A DNA stretch of 63,968 bases, the filler included, from Catajapyx aquilonaris (taxonomy: Eukaryota), in NCBI GenBank assembly GCA_000934665.2. It is 3 parts of 3 records of this genome, joined end to end, with 100 filler letters (N's around TTAATTAATTAA, not from the genome) between each part and the next. Parts side by side here need not be neighbours in the genome. Positions count along the whole stretch, not along the records: positions 42,938 to 63,968 come from JYFJ02006146.1; 2 more parts are not named here. One strand, written 5' to 3'. The number at the start of each line of letters is the position of its first letter. Position 1 is the first letter of the stretch. This document shows, piece after piece, positions 48,480 through 62,037 of this stretch. Below the pieces are notes generated by a model, which saw nothing but the letters and a program-made list of their open reading frames with translations, was not told the origin of the DNA and ran no database searches. Position numbers and translations under genes: made by a program.

Positions 48480-49547
48480 TACAGTGTTGGTCATAAATCG
48501 AGGCAACTGCCAGCGACATTTTCCGAAGCGCCAGAAGAAGGAATCGAAGATAAGCATACTTACAAGCCGGGCGAGCAAGCTTCCTTCTTCTGCCGCTTCG
48601 GAAAATGTCGCTGGCGGTTGCCTCGATATATGACCAATACTGTACCAACAGGTGGGGCTTGCAACGAGGAGTGCACTGATGCGTTTATCTCCATGTATAT
48701 TATTTTGGAAGATACGGGGTTTTTGCTTTGGCCATCAGAGCTGTACCCTGCCCATCCCTTCTTGGCCTGTCTTCCTGAGTGGAGGACATTGTACTTTAGT
48801 TGTAGCTTTGTTTTGGATTCTCCCCACAGGCACAATATAATACTGTAGTTTGTGTCAATGTTGACATTGTGACATCCATTGTATTCTCTATTCTGTAGGT
48901 GGAAATAGACCTAGGTTCACATTCTCCTCTGCTTTTCTAGGGGATTTGTGACGAGATGTAATATTCAGTGTTGAGGTTCTGCTATGTTTGAAGACAACAG
49001 TGACAGTGGGGTATGACATGCTAAGAGAAGCGTATGGTGAAGAAGTGTTCCACGTCATACTGATGGTACAAATCATTCAGTGAGGGTCTGTAGTCCGCTT
49101 TCAAAGAAGCAGGTTTGCAGACTCCCATCCTCGTTCCGACACCACTTATGCAGTGATTGTCGAGGAAAATCACAGCATAACTGTTGATGACCTGACACTG
49201 ACATGCGTTCCTTTGCCGCGCGAAATATTTTTTCGTAAAATAGTACCATACAATAGGACCACAAAAAAGCCAGAAACGCAATTTGGAGAAAAACTGACTT
49301 AATCACTTCTGCTTCTGGGTGCTTCAATTGAGAGAATGGTGTGAAGCAGCCTTGCCTTTAAAGTGGTTGAGCATCAATGGGTGTCAGACTGGCTGACAGA
49401 CACCCACTATTACCTTAATGAAATCATAAATTTAATGTGTTACTGCTGCTGATGGGTGTAAATGTGTGGTCTGATATTTCTGTTGCAATTAAATGAATTT
49501 GTCTTTTCAGTGATTGAGTCCAGAAGCTGCACAGACACACACCCAGA

Positions 49548-49639
49548 ATGAGCACTCACATACCTGACCAATTTGTTGTCCGGATATGTGGGACTGAAGC
49601 AGTGGCTGACAGGGCAGAAGCCTATGTTAACTTAACCAG
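49548..49639 (+). CDS. Rif1: Rif1 first coding exon (exon begins 49511)
   Basis: MSTHIPDQFVVRICGTEAVADRAEAYVNLT resembles the vertebrate RIF1 N-terminus (QTDAYLTLTS). Donor gtaaaa, phase 2. Confidence 0.75.
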
Positions 49640-50034
49640 GTAAAAGCTTAGTTGCATAGGGATTGGCCTGCTGAAATATAGCAAAGTAATAGGCTCAACA
49701 GATTATTGTCAATGTGATGATTAGAGTTAGGGGAAGGAGGATGAAAGGGGGGAGAGAGACTGTGGTGATGCTTTTGCCCATGGATAGAAAAATTCCAGGA
49801 CCCTTTGTCATCTCACACGAAATTTACATTTCTCTGGCTCTGTCTCAGGGGATATTTCCAGATGGAAATGTTTCCCAAGATGGAGCTGGAAAGACCTAAT
49901 CTGCCCAAAGGGAAGAGGGACCTGGGCTTCATGTTGAACCTGGGACATTTCCATCCATGGTGCATACATGAATTCAGTGCCACTCTGCCACCAAAAAACA
50001 GTATTAAAGCTAACCTGGGTTTATATTTTCCCAG

Positions 50035-50476
50035 CTGGCTGAATTCCACAGAGAACCCAAGCAGTCGGATAACTCAGCTGAGTGCAGAATTCTGCAATGC
50101 CCTGTGCAAAGACCTAGAGACTGCCACCGACCAGCTATTTACCAGAGCGGTAGATTGTGCCACGGCCATTACTGGGCAGTCCAGCTGCCTCCCAGCGTGT
50201 ATACAGGAGCAAATACTCAAAGCCATTATTCAACAATGTCAAGATAACACGGAATTAATTTTCTTACAATTACTTGGATGCATCATTAAGTTGCCCTGGG
50301 GAGTACATGTGGCGGAGGTCCAGTCCATTGTGATAAAGTGTTCCAGTGCTGCAATGAAGTCAGATATGGAACAATTTCTGGAACTGGGCACCAAAGCATC
50401 CTGCTATGGCAACATTGAAGGATTTGATCCAGTCATATGGTTTCAAATGTTCTACCCTCATTTGTATCATTCTCAG
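50035..50476 (+). CDS. Rif1: Rif1 exon (HEAT-like N-terminal domain)
   Basis: Acceptor ttttcccag (phase 2) and donor gtaata. Reads ...FCNALCKDLETATDQLFTRAVDC...PVIWFQMFYPHLYHSQ. An alternative in-frame acceptor exists at 49848. Confidence 0.75.
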
Positions 50477-51047
50477 GTAATATTACACTATAGCAGCTTA
50501 CTTGCCTATAAATTTAAAATTGTAGTCGTCATGTATGGTTATGCCCTCTGATTGGTCGTCCTCATATTGTTTCCGCCACCTTCAGATTGGCCCCCGCTCA
50601 TTGTTACCTGGACGTATTGTTACCACCACCTCTCCGATTGGCCCCCGTTCAGTGCATGCACAATGGGGTGGGACCTATTCATTCCTGTCCTGATGGCCCA
50701 TCAGGTGCACATCTCGGTCGGCGTCTCTCCCGTCACCAGTCACCTCATCCCTTCCCCCTCCTCGACCCACACACCCACCCTTCCCTCCATCACTGTAACA
50801 GTTTGCCGAGTAGGTCTTTGGGTATGGCTGTATGTGCGGGTGTAGACACGTACGTATATGGCCTTTCCAATGATGCATTCGTCTTCAATTAGCCTATTCC
50901 GAATGAGCTAAAATTAAGCACATTCGAAACGGTTTGTTTGTTTTGTTGCCAACCTCCAGAATTTTCATTGTTGCCTTGCATGTTCTTGAGCTGGCACGTT
51001 TGTTTGTCACCTAGGCAACATATGCCTTTAGCCTGACCGATAATAAT

Positions 51048-51054
51048 AATAATA

Positions 51055-51112
<58 letters not shown>

Positions 51113-51436
51113 TAATGCTGGGGTAATGTGCTTTCGCCCCCACATGGGGGCATATCGCACGGACCTTTATATATTGGTACATATGGTGCCAATTCATTTG
51201 AAACGCCCAGGCCCACGGGCAGGATGACAGGAGGGGATGTGCAAGGTGCAGTGCAATGTCTTAATGTGGCCATTTTTAGTGAACTCCCCCGGGTGGTTTA
51301 GTCTGTTGGAAATACCACCCGAGACGAAGCAGCCTGAACTCTGCACGAGATGAAGAGGGTGTCCCCGGGTTGGGATCCAACCCGGGACCTTAACATCCGT
51401 GGGCGCGTACATTACCGCAGCACCACTTCGCCTCCC
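51048..51436 (-). mobile_element. tRNA-derived SINE, family B, with (TAT)n tail
   Basis: Similar to 4966-5375. TSD gcctga(c/g)cgataataat at 51031 and 51437. Confidence 0.85.
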
Positions 51437-51490
51437 GCCTGAGCGATAATAATGATCCCGCCTGCATTCTGGTCTAGCTTCAGGATTTAA

Positions 51491-52598
51491 GACGGCGCAT
51501 TAGCAAAAATCCGGTAGGCGCGTTTTTGAGGGAACTTAATTTTTTAATGGCGAAATGCGAAGTTAATATGGAAAAACAAGAATTAGGGCACCTGCGCAAA
51601 GGTTTGGCCTTTACAATGATACCATACTCGACATGATTGCATTAAAGTTGTCCAAGTGAAATGTGTCCGATTTTCACGCGATTTCTGCCGCTATGTTATT
51701 CAAATTGACTTTTTGAAAGTGTCGTTTTCCACTCACTTCAACTCGTCCGAAATGTAATTTCTAGGCCGAAAATGGGAAAAAGACTAACTAGGGCACATGC
51801 ACCAGATCATCTACTATTTTTTGATGCAATTTCTGGATCGATTGAACCATTTTTGCCGTTTGCTGGCATGCATAAGTGAGTTTGTTTGGGTCGTCCCCAA
51901 GGGCTTCGCATTATTACCGTATTTTTGCCATGTGGGCAGGGAGCATATACTACAATGGCTTATAGCAGGAGTTTCCAACCTTTTATCAACTGCGACCCCC
52001 TAAACATGTTTCCATAAATGTGCGACACCCCCCCCCCCCCCCCNNNNNTACAACTGACCCATTTCCAGAAAACATACATTCTGTACGGCCGCAAAAATGG
52101 TTCAATTTACACAGATATTGCAAAAAAAAAAGTTGAACAAAGGCTCGCGACCCCCCGTGACCCTGCCCGCGACCCCCAGGTTGGAAACCACTGGCATATA
52201 GTATATGCTCCCTGGTATGGCCTTAAAAATGGTGCGATCGAATCAAAAATTGCACCTAAAAATAGAATATGATCTGGCGCAGGGCACCTTATTCGTCTTC
52301 CTTCCATTTTCAGCCTGGAAATGACCTTTTCATCGAATTGAAGTGAGGGCTAAATGGCGTTCCCGAAAAGCCCATTTGAATAACATGGCCGCAGGAAATG
52401 TGACAGTCGGGCACGCTTCCATGCCCGTAATAATGTCCATAATTTTAATGCAATCATATCGAGTATGGTACCATTGAAAAGGCCAAACCTTTGCTCAGGG
52501 CACCTTGTTCGTGATTTTTCTGATTAATGGCGCGTTTCGCCACAAAAAAATTAAGTTCCCTAAAAATGCGCCTACCATATTTTTGCTGTTGCGCTGCC
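51491..52598. mobile_element. Long-inverted-repeat element (TTAA-flanked, Kolobok-like) with a nested hAT MITE (51966-52193)
   Basis: 51491-51770 is inversely similar to 52310-52598. The inner element CAGG..TTTCCAACC...GGTTGGAAACCACTG has TSD gc(t/a)tatag. Confidence 0.68.
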
Positions 52599-53610
52599 TT
52601 AGTTCCGGAATCCCTGGTCACTTCCCCGACTTTAAACCCACTCAAAACGACGATGCAAAGGGTCAGTAATCCGCTGGTACTGTGTCCTAATTGATATGTC
52701 ATCTGTGCTGTGAAGTCGACTTTAACAACAGTATATTTTGATCTGATTGCTTTAGAACTAATGGCGTAGTCGCGATTCGAATTCAGAGGTTTTCAAGGCC
52801 AACTTTTTTTTTTAACAGTTCAATTCTTCGATTCCATTCGGCGGTAGAATGTGGCAACAGGATGGGGGGAGGAGGGGGACATGTGCCTTCTATTGTTGCA
52901 CACGCATTTCGTAGACCCATGCCACAGACTCACTTGGCCATCTGCATCACAGCCACGATCAGAGCCATCATCAGAACCTTATTTTTACTACTGCACACTT
53001 TTAGCCATGTTACTTATGTGCAGCGACGTGAGGTGTAGCGGTTCTGACGTCATAATGCAAGCGACAGCTCTTTTACATCACTCATGTGTTTACAAGCCAG
53101 CAATGTGCATCACTACTGCATCACCAAAGGAGGCAAACACAATCAGGTTGTTTATGGCTCAAATTTTGCGCCCTCTTTGTTCGGTTTGTTTATGACATAC
53201 CGTAGATATGAAGCTATGTCCAGCGAGATGTACATCACTCTTCACTTCTTTAAACAGACCGCTGATGCCCTCCATTCTGAAGCGCAATTGCTACTGTTGG
53301 CCCAAATTACTGCTTACATCACTGATGAAATCGCTCGCATGTAAACACAGAAAGGAGAGGGGGAGGGAGGGTGGATGGAGGGTGGATGGAGGGTGGATGG
53401 AGGGTGGAGGGGAGTTTAGGCAGGGTTGTTGGATCCTTGGGCTTCATCATTAGCTACATCTGAAGCAATAAACAATACTGCCTACATTGCCACAGTCCGC
53501 AGGCCTAGAAAAATACGAGCGAAGCAAGTGGGTTTTTAGGCCTGTGCCATAGATAAATGTGAGCGAAGCAAAGGTTTTTCTAGTTAAGGTCTAAACTCAA
53601 GCATGAATGT

Positions 53611-53910
53611 AATAATAAAATAATAATTCATACCCCGTTATCAGCTATTTTTCGGCTCTTTAGGGCGGAAGTTTGTTTTTTCTGGAACTCTTTGCTTTTC
53701 ATTGTACTGTGCTCTTTGCGGGGATGGGATAGGGACGGAAGGAAGCGGCTGTGGCCTATTAATTGCGGAAGCAACTCCGGAATTTTCCTGGAAGGACCGT
53801 GGGAAACCACAGAAAACCATGGTCAGAGTTGCCGGCCCCGGGATTTGATCCCAGGACCTCCCAATTAGCAGTCTGGCTCCTTAACCCCTACACCAACCTG
53901 CTTCGGTACT
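53611..53910 (-). mobile_element. tRNA-derived SINE, family D, full length
   Basis: tRNA-like head on the minus strand, AT-rich tail and 15-bp TSD ctcaagcatgaatgt. Confidence 0.85.
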
Positions 53911-54098
53911 CTCAAGCATGAATGTTGTAGAAGGAAGTGTAGAAGGAAGAGAGAAAAATGTCGATTTTTTATGTCCATGCATGATGATGCCTTTTTTGGG
54001 GGGAGGGGGAGTAAGTTAACAGTCATTCAAAAATATTTCCCCTTAACGTCAATGTTGCCAACATAGATATAAGTGGTAACTATTAATGATCTTTGCAG

Positions 54099-54434
54099 GC
54101 CTCGGTTCGCATGAAAACTCTCAAAGTGTTAAACCAGTTCCTGCCATACATCCCTGACACCTTAGTTCTGGTGGATGAAAAGTTCATCGATGATCTGAAA
54201 GAGCACCATTGCAAGACGATGGTAATGTGCATGTGTGGAGATCAAGAAGACGTGCTTGATGTTTGGTGCTTCCTGGTGCGCTTGCTAGGGACACAATTAC
54301 ATCATGGTGCTTTCCTTATCAACCCTATTTTGGAAGTGGTGGAGAAGGGGTTTAAAGGTGGGAGTCCAGCGATCAGGGTAAAGACTTTTGGTGCCTGGCA
54401 GGAACTCACCAACAACTTTGCACTTGATCGTGAG
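54099..54434 (+). CDS. Rif1: Rif1 exon (Rif1_N domain)
   Basis: WCFLVRLLGTQLHHGAFLINPILEVVEKGFK...FGAWQELTNNFAL matches vertebrate WPLFVKLLGRTLHRSGSFINSLLQLEELGFR...FIAWKSLIDNFAL. Confidence 0.93.
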
Positions 54435-54527
54435 GTGAGTTACCAGACAGTTATAATCATAACTTGTTTGAAATGTGGAATTTTTTATCATGTAGAGCAT
54501 TTCTAACGGTAACCAATCTTATTTCAG

Positions 54528-55052
54528 GTGATTCATAACTCAAAGCGAATGAGGCTTCTCATGGCCCCAATGATGGCCAACAATGCCAAAACTGAAGACA
54601 TAGCTATCAAAAAATTCCAGACCTGGTGGAACCTCATTGTGAAGCTAAAGCAACCCAACTTTGACACTGTAGTCCTTCCTTTCCTGAAGTACTCCTTCTT
54701 TAGTAATCCTTTAACAAGTCCAAACTCTTTCACTCTTTGCCAAAAATATTCCTCCACCCTAGGTCCTTTCTGTGCCGATGCCCTCGCCCAGCTTTTGTGC
54801 CATTTATTACCCTCCTACATTGAGTTGGAGTCCCAGGGGTACAGCCCACGTGTTGACCAGTTGCAGGCACCATTGTCAGATGATAGTGGGAAGTTTCTCA
54901 AGTACCGGAAGGAATTTATTGCTGCTATAAAAATGGTCATGCAAGTGCTTGTTCCTTCAAATGATGAACATGCAGCAAGGGTCTTGGTCATTTGGAAGTA
55001 CCTGCTGTTGCACATCAGAGTAGCATTTGAGGTCCAGCAACTATCCTTGGAG
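54528..55052 (+). CDS. Rif1: Rif1 exon
   Basis: VIHNSKRMRLLMAPM...KTEDIAIKKFQTWWNLI matches vertebrate SAKRLKLLMQPL..TETLALTKLEVWWYL. Donor gtttgt. Confidence 0.88.
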
Positions 55053-56572
55053 GTTTGTTCCCTACTCCACCTCTTTTATTGTCTTGAAGTGGGTATGGCG
55101 CCACATAGATTAGACGTGCAACTCAAAAAGCGAGATGTAGATCTGACAATTTTCAAGGGTCAGTTGGAAAAGAAGTTTCGTGATCCTACAGTTTTGACAC
55201 CATGCGAGAGACAGGATCAAGATGAGCATGGGCAGGTGTGTCAATCCTTCTGTTACTTTATAGGACAGGTAGGCACCGCCGTGCAACTTATTCACAGGTG
55301 CTGCTGCCATCGGATGAGAGTGCCGAGTGCCGAGTGCTGAGCTGAGCATGCCCGCCCACATTCTTTCAGGTGAAGTCATGGTAGACGGAAGTGTGTTGGT
55401 CACATGGACTAAGGCAGAAGTGAGGGGCAGTTGTTCCCTTCAAGTGGTTGACATTTGACATATGGCATACGAAATTCATTGCCAGCTAGCCCTTTCAGCC
55501 ACAAATTAAGGTTTTCAAGAAAAATTACTTTGTTTTTTAGGTTATGGAGCTCAGACACTTATGAGAAATCATTTATGGACTTTTTCTCCACCTCAACAGA
55601 TGGTCATGCTACATAAAGGAGGGGTGGTTTGACCACCATACCACCGTGGCCATAGCGGGAAATAAAATGAGAAAAGGTGGTTTCCCTGAGTAACCACTTC
55701 GGCTGAAAGGGCTAGGGGAGGTGTATGGTCTGTATGTCGCGTCTGAGCAAATGTTTTGGTAATATGGTGCCAGCAATTCCGCAATGGGCTAGCAAGAGTG
55801 AAGGACAACCAGAGACCTGGACGACTGGCTACGGCAATTACTACAGTGTCCTCACTTCTGCCGTATTCCGTGTGACCAATACATGTCTGTCTGCCATGAC
55901 TTCCCTTGGCGGAATGTGGGCGGGCACGCTTGGCTCGCCACTTGGTCTCATCCAACGGATGCCACGCCTAAGCCTAAGTTTCAAGATGGCACCTACCCAT
56001 TCTACAGAGTACCAGATGGATTGACATACCTGCTCACGGTCATCTTTACCTTGCCTGTTGCATGACATCAAAATTGTAGCATCGCGAAACTTATTTTCTG
56101 ACTACTTTCATAGATCAACAATCCCAGACATTTAAATCTTGTGTTGAGCATCTTGGGAGTGGACTCTGTCACACCCCCTTGATTTTGAGTAACCGCGCCA
56201 AGATGGCATCATGGAATTTCGAGTATCTTTTTCCTGAGAGTCTATGCATTTAATTTGGAGGCATTGGAGGCAGTCCCCCTTACAAATCAGTTGTAAGGGC
56301 ATAGGATGACCTTAAACAGAATGGGGATTTTGACACTGACTAACTTAGCCAGGGATCATCAGTTCAATTCAATGCAGTGTGCATGTCAGAAAGAGGGTAG
56401 GGTGCAAGAAAACACCACAGTGTGCCCATGCAATGCATCCAAATATAGCCTTTTCTGCCTTAGAAATCTTAGAAATTAATGTCATCTTGGTTGGAGAATG
56501 GGTGTCATTTTATTGTGTCAGTTGTATTAGGATCTCTTATCAGGTCCTACTGCAGTTGGCAATTTTACTCTT

Positions 56573-56860
56573 AGGAAAGAGTAGGCCTTACTGGCGTGCG
56601 GAGGGTGGTAGGGTGAGTGGTGGCTGGGGGCAGCTTGGCTGTGTCGCAAAGGCAAGGATGTAAGGATTTATTTTTTGGATTTTGGAAGTATGCTGTACCA
56701 ACCTAACCTAACCAAGCCTAACCTTCCTTCCTTGCGGATACAGGCCTACCTTCAGCCAATACACGCCTATCCTTTATCCTTGCCTTTGCGACACAGCCCG
56801 CTGCCCCCACTGACTACTACCCTCCCACCTCCCGCACGCCAGTGAGGCTAACTCTATCCT
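56573..56860. mobile_element. Palindromic MITE with a central (AACCT)n tract
   Basis: Arms cctTactggcgtgcgg..ggctgtgtcgcaaaggcaaggat and atccttgcctttgcgacacagcc..ccgcacgccagtgagg. Confidence 0.7.
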
Positions 56861-56944
56861 TCTCTTCCTGTGGTCAGGATAACCTGCACAATACTGCAAT
56901 ACATATTTGAACTATTGTATGTGATGTGAAACTGATATTTTCAG

Positions 56945-57481
56945 GTGAAGGAGTTGGTGACAGATTTGCTGAAATTGCTGGAGCATTTGGCATGTAATGT
57001 CCGAATAGAACAGTCAAAAGCGCAGCATGTCCTCAAATTAACCCATGAGGCAGCAGTGGGAAACTTTGCTCTCCCTGATGATGTCATGCTTACTACTGTT
57101 TCTATGCCAGCCAAGACTCCTGTGATGTTTTTTGTCTCGCTGCTTCTCCATCGTACACTGATTCCGTTGTATGGGATTGATGAAAAATACTACTCTGTGT
57201 TTCGGCCACTAGTTGACCTGGGTGTGAGGCAACATGAACGCCCCCTTATATTCCACTCAGAAGCACTAGCTAAGCTGGAAACAGTGCAGTCAGATATACA
57301 GAGTATTGATCTGCAAATCCTGTGGGACATGTGGAGATGTCTGGCAACTGCTATGGCGGAAAGGCTCAAGGAGTCGCTATCAAATGATGAGAACCAACTC
57401 AAGGAGATGACTAACTTTGCAAATGTGTATGATACCCTGGTCTTCCCAATCAAGTACCTGCTGGATAGGGAATTGAGAGAG
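56945..57481 (+). CDS. Rif1: Rif1 exon
   Basis: Acceptor ttttcag, donor gttagt, phase 0/0. Contains TPVMFFVSLLL...LWDMWRCLA...NFANVYDTLVFPI. Confidence 0.88.
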
Positions 57482-57569
57482 GTTAGTAGTTTCCAATATT
57501 CAAACAATAACATAAAGAATTTGCAACAGGCCTATGCATAAGACATGCAATGTACTTTTGATGGATATT

Positions 57570-57980
57570 CAGGGCGTAAATTAATTCAACTGACAAACTT
57601 GTAGGGGTAAACAAGGGGACCAAGACAAATGTATTTCACATAGGAAACCGTGTCCGGAAACGCCATCTAGAGGGGGGTTCATAGACAAGGAACGGGTTCA
57701 CTCAGATGCGTCAGGCGGGCAGACCGTTTAGGCTCGCTGATAGTAAACAATGGCTCAATTTGCCATAACCTGGCAACAACAGAGTCGTTTAGTATCTGCG
57801 TGCTACCTAGCAACTAAACGGTCCCCTCTCTAGCGCCGCCTGCCTGACGCATTTCAGTCCGTGTATATGGACCCCTTTTAGATGACGTTTCCGGACATGG
57901 TTTCCTATGTGAAAAAATGATTGTCTTGGTCCCCTCTACTACCCCTATAAGTTTGTCTGAGTAAATTCATTTACTCCCTG
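57570..57980. mobile_element. Tc1-type foldback MITE
   Basis: CAGGGcGTAAAT..GACAAACTTgTAGGG and CCCTATAAGTTTGTC..ATTTACTCCCTG|TA. Confidence 0.75.
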
Positions 57981-57984
57981 TATA

Positions 57985-58872
57985 CAAGGGTTGTTCAAGG
58001 TTGACCGAGACTTTTGTGCATAAAAAGTCAATTAATTACTGGAGCACAATGAAATTTTCGGAGGATGTAAGGTAATTCTTCTTTAATATCCCATACAAGG
58101 CATGATGTATTTGGCGCATGCTCGCAGCAGTTGCGGTGAACATGGGTGTAAGCAGTGTGTCTGTAGCTGTGGGACAGTGGTTCATAATTAAATGTTGTGT
58201 GAAGGCGAACGTTAAACCACCTGAAAATATGAGAATATTGCAAGCACAGCATGGGGAACAAACTATGTCACTATCAAGAGTGTAGGAAGGTGTCAACAGT
58301 TTGGCCAAGGGCGAGAGCTGGTGACAAATTAACAACAAAGACACGTTTGTCTAATTGAAGTCATGCAGACAATCAAAGTGTTATCCATGTGGATTTTTTT
58401 GGAGAAAGGGGTCAAGATTAATGCCCAGTATTACTGTGCACTGACGAAGGGTACCGTACAAACCACTGTTTGCAAGAAAAGGCCTGGAATGTTGTCTGGA
58501 AATGACAATCCCCAACCCTCACGAACAATTTGACAGCAGAAACTCCGCCCAAAATGCAATGGGAGGTCTTGCCCCATACCCCTCACAGTCTGGACTCAGC
58601 CCCCAGTGATTTTATTTCGGTTAGGCCCCTTGGTAGGGAAGAAATTTAAGACAGATGAACCACTGAAGAAAGACCATGTCCTGCAGTGGCTGCGACACCA
58701 GCCCAGATCTTTTTACGCCAAAGGAATCAGGGAGCTGCCACAACAAAGGCATTGGTGCCTCGACGCCCACTGGGAATACTGTACCTTGAAAAACCGACAT
58801 GGTCTGGTACTTGTCAGACTTTTCATTTTATCTGTAGAAATAAAAGTCTTGGTTAACCTTGAACGACCCTTG
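57985..58872 (+). mobile_element. Mariner transposon remnant
   Basis: TA|CAAGGGTtGTTCAAGGTT...AACCTTGAACGACCCTTG|TA. Decayed WEVLPHTPHSLDSAPSDF and QPRSFYAKGIRELP..WCLD are mariner C-terminal motifs. Confidence 0.88.
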
Positions 58873-59560
58873 TAACAGAACCTGCCCAACATGGACATGG
58901 AAAGGATTTTTGTCTCCCTCCACAGAGAAACCCTGTTCATACCAGAAATCAAAATTTTGACATGCTCTCCTGCCAGTCATTGGCTGGTACGAAAATAGAA
59001 GCTCCAGTTGAACCTCCAGCTAGGCCTCTGAGTAAGCCTTTTGTGGACTTTCAGACACCATGTGTCTCATAATATATTGCTGGCGTTGTGATCAGGCTCA
59101 TGACCTTTAAGACAGATTGGCGAGGAAGGGGCACAATTTTTGGTTGGGAAAAGGAGAGACTGTTTGTTTGTGAAGCAGAAGATTGTGACTCATGAAGTGC
59201 TCGTTTTCCTACCTACCTCTTTCCCACTCTTTCTTACCGTTAAAAAAAAAAATCTGTAAAGAATTTGCAGAAAATATGGTGTCAAATATAGTGGAAACCC
59301 ATGTGATTACAGTATGAGCAGGTTTCACTGCACTGAGGAAATTCTAGCTCGCTACCTGGACCATGAATTTTTCCGTGATAGGCAATATTGTCCTGTACTC
59401 TCTTCCGAGTCCAATACAGGCAGGATTTACTATATTATAACTTCTGCAGCAAAAAGGCTTCATGATACAATTTCAAACTGACAATTCATTTGGAATTTTG
59501 ACATTCAAAAGCTTAAACAGTTAATAGGTTTTGTTTATCTGATTGCACCATTACTTTCAG

Positions 59561-60028
59561 ACTCAAATGGTGCAGCTGAAAGATGCATGGGAGAAGCTGT
59601 GCAAACCAATTGTGGCTATAGCCCACTCCAAGCTGATGCTGGATGGACCCCAAGTGACAGAACTGGTGTACCGCCTTATGAAGAGACATATGGGGTGCTT
59701 GGCTATTGAGGAGAGTCCTCTGATGATGTTCCTCCATCTGGCATGCGTCCTAAATGATCTGTCATCAAAATCAAAAAGAAGCAAGATGAAGTACAAGCAA
59801 GGCAAAGGTGAAGGGTTAGCTCTGAGTCAGTGCTTGGCCTTTGTAGTGAATGCCTCCACTAAGCTGATGCCACGCAGTGAACAGTTGGCAGGAGTGGCTA
59901 TGACTCTGACTGAGTCGTTGATGGTGCAAGCCAACCCAGAGCAGATGGAGTACCTAATTGAAAATGTCGTTGGGCAAATCATAATTACCTTCAAGCATAC
60001 ACCCATGAGTCCTTCACATGCGGCACGG
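59561..60028 (+). CDS. Rif1: Rif1 exon
   Basis: Acceptor ctttcag, donor gtaagt, phase 0/0. Reads TQMVQLKDAWEKLCK.... Confidence 0.8.
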
Positions 60029-60215
60029 GTAAGTAATTTCAGTGGCAAATAGCTGTATACAGATTCATAGAGATGTGCATATTGCTCCCATTTATTGTCA
60101 TAGTTATAGTACCGATACTTGTATGTCTTGATCTAGACGTCTAGAGGTCATGGAAATTAGTTTTTCAGTACAAGAGCAATTTTGCCTAATATTTGCTGCA
60201 TGTTTCAGAGGTTAG

Positions 60216-60380
60216 TTTACAGCAATATATACTTGTACAGACATCTTGTGGACCCTTATGTCCACTTGCTCTTATTGCCTCACCTTCAATAAAAACGAGA
60301 TCAAGGCATACGAAGATGGTGTTTTACCTTTTTTCAAAAGTATTGCCAGTGATAATTTACACATGTATCTCACTGAGACA
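60216..60380 (+). CDS. Rif1: Possible additional Rif1 exon
   Basis: Open frame FTAIYTCTDILWTLMSTC...YLTET with donor gtaggg. The phase-0 acceptor (gttag) is weak, so the boundaries are uncertain. Confidence 0.3.
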
Positions 60381-60546
60381 GTAGGGGTACTATGGCCATC
60401 TCATAGAAGCCTTTGGGTTGTTCTTGGAACCACATCTGAACCCCCTCCTTCACTTCATCGTCTGTTTGGAATCAGCATCCTTGCAAAGCTCTCTTCAGTT
60501 CACCAGAAATGTGAAAGTCACAGGGTGACAGGTTAATACTGTAGAG

Positions 60547-61484
60547 CAGGGCTTCCCAAACTTTTTTCGCCGCGTACCCCTTTTCAAATTTGCCAAGACA
60601 GTTTGTACCCCCATTCTCATCCTACCAGTAGTAATATTGTGAGCACTAATTACCAATTAGTGTGATGGGTCTGCTTGCTTGCTTCCTTGCGCACAAGTGG
60701 TCAATGTTTGGGACAAGTGACGTCAATTTGAGTAGTCTCAAGTCGTTTTTCACAGTCAGTCGATTCCGGTATTTTGTTTTGATGGATGTTGATGATGAAA
60801 AGCCAGCTTCACATAAATAGGTTGTGGCAAATCGAATGGGGGTACAAACTGTCTGGAGTCTTAGTGTTTCAAAGCACAGCCTGCCATGCCAGCATAATCG
60901 TCAATTCTTTCCGCGCCCAAAAGGTGACGAGGGTTTTGTGTCAAAATTCCTGGTTGAAATTTCCATCTGTTGAAATTTCGATAATTTTTTCTTGGTCCTG
61001 TACTGGCATGTTTGGAATTGGCAATAAAATATCAAACGGGTTCCTTATCCTGGATAAGGAACCCGTCCAATTCATTGACGTGTCCATTTCGGGAAAATTA
61101 TTCCTAAACTGCTGCGGCAGTTGGAGCACTCATCACTAACATCTGGGAATAAGTGCGCAGTTGTTTTGCACCTGGGAGATGCGTCTAATTTGCAGTTCTA
61201 CGGTCCTGCATATTGACCCCATATGGAAGTAATTTAGGCTTCTCATTTCCAGTCGCACCCCCATCAAACCCTCCCTCCCATCTCTCCTCCCGATATTTCC
61301 ACATGTTTTCCACTTTAATATCGTTCATATCCTTAGATCCCAGGTTTGTTTTTCCCACAAATTTTCTTTCATTTTTCCCCACAAATGTAGAGAACGGACG
61401 CCATTGCACGAAATCTTTCGCGTACCCCCAAAATTGTGTTCACGTACCCCCAGGGGTACGGGTACCCCAGTTTGAAAACCGCTG
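60547..61484 (-). mobile_element. hAT (Buster/Charlie-type) deletion derivative
   Basis: TIRs CAGGGcTTCCCAAAC / GTTTGAAAACCGCTG, perfect 8-bp TSD ctgtagag, and minus-strand remnant IRNPFD...QEKIIEISTD..F..LVTFW. Confidence 0.85.
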
Positions 61485-62037
61485 CTGTAGAGGGTGCGGG
61501 GTTGGCTGAGATCTTCCCACTTCAATTTCTGCACAAGATCTTTCATGAAATTTGCTGTATGGGGGCGGACAATATCATGGTATTCTCGTACTATACTTTG
61601 ATGGTCATACGGTGGATTGTGTCCTTTTTGATCACATGATGTGACAACTGCTGCTTTAGCTGCATTTGCACATGCACATCATTTTACTTGAGGTTAGAAG
61701 GTTATTCATGCCAATGGGCATTATTGCCTGTCCCATAGGTTTTACGCAATAAATTTGGCCTTCTAAAAAATTGACAGCACCTTATAATTATGGGGAGAGT
61801 GGAATTTGGTATAAAAATTCTGCCCAGTATCTGAAAAGTGATGTTCGCTTGCTTAATATTAACTGTAGAGAACTGCATGAGAGCTGAAATTAATAGTAAA
61901 AGCGTAACAGAAATAAGATTGCTGAAAATCTTATTTTGGAAATGTATGTGAAGGTGTGTATGAGTGGTTCATACTACCCGTCATAAAGAGACAGGAATTG
62001 AAACTTATTTTAAATGCGACATTTATGCGTTTTCCAG

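Noticed and set aside
55053..55340. C-terminal extension of the 270-aa ORF 54528-55340
   Set aside because: Read-through into the intron after the donor at 55053, with no Rif1 similarity recognised.
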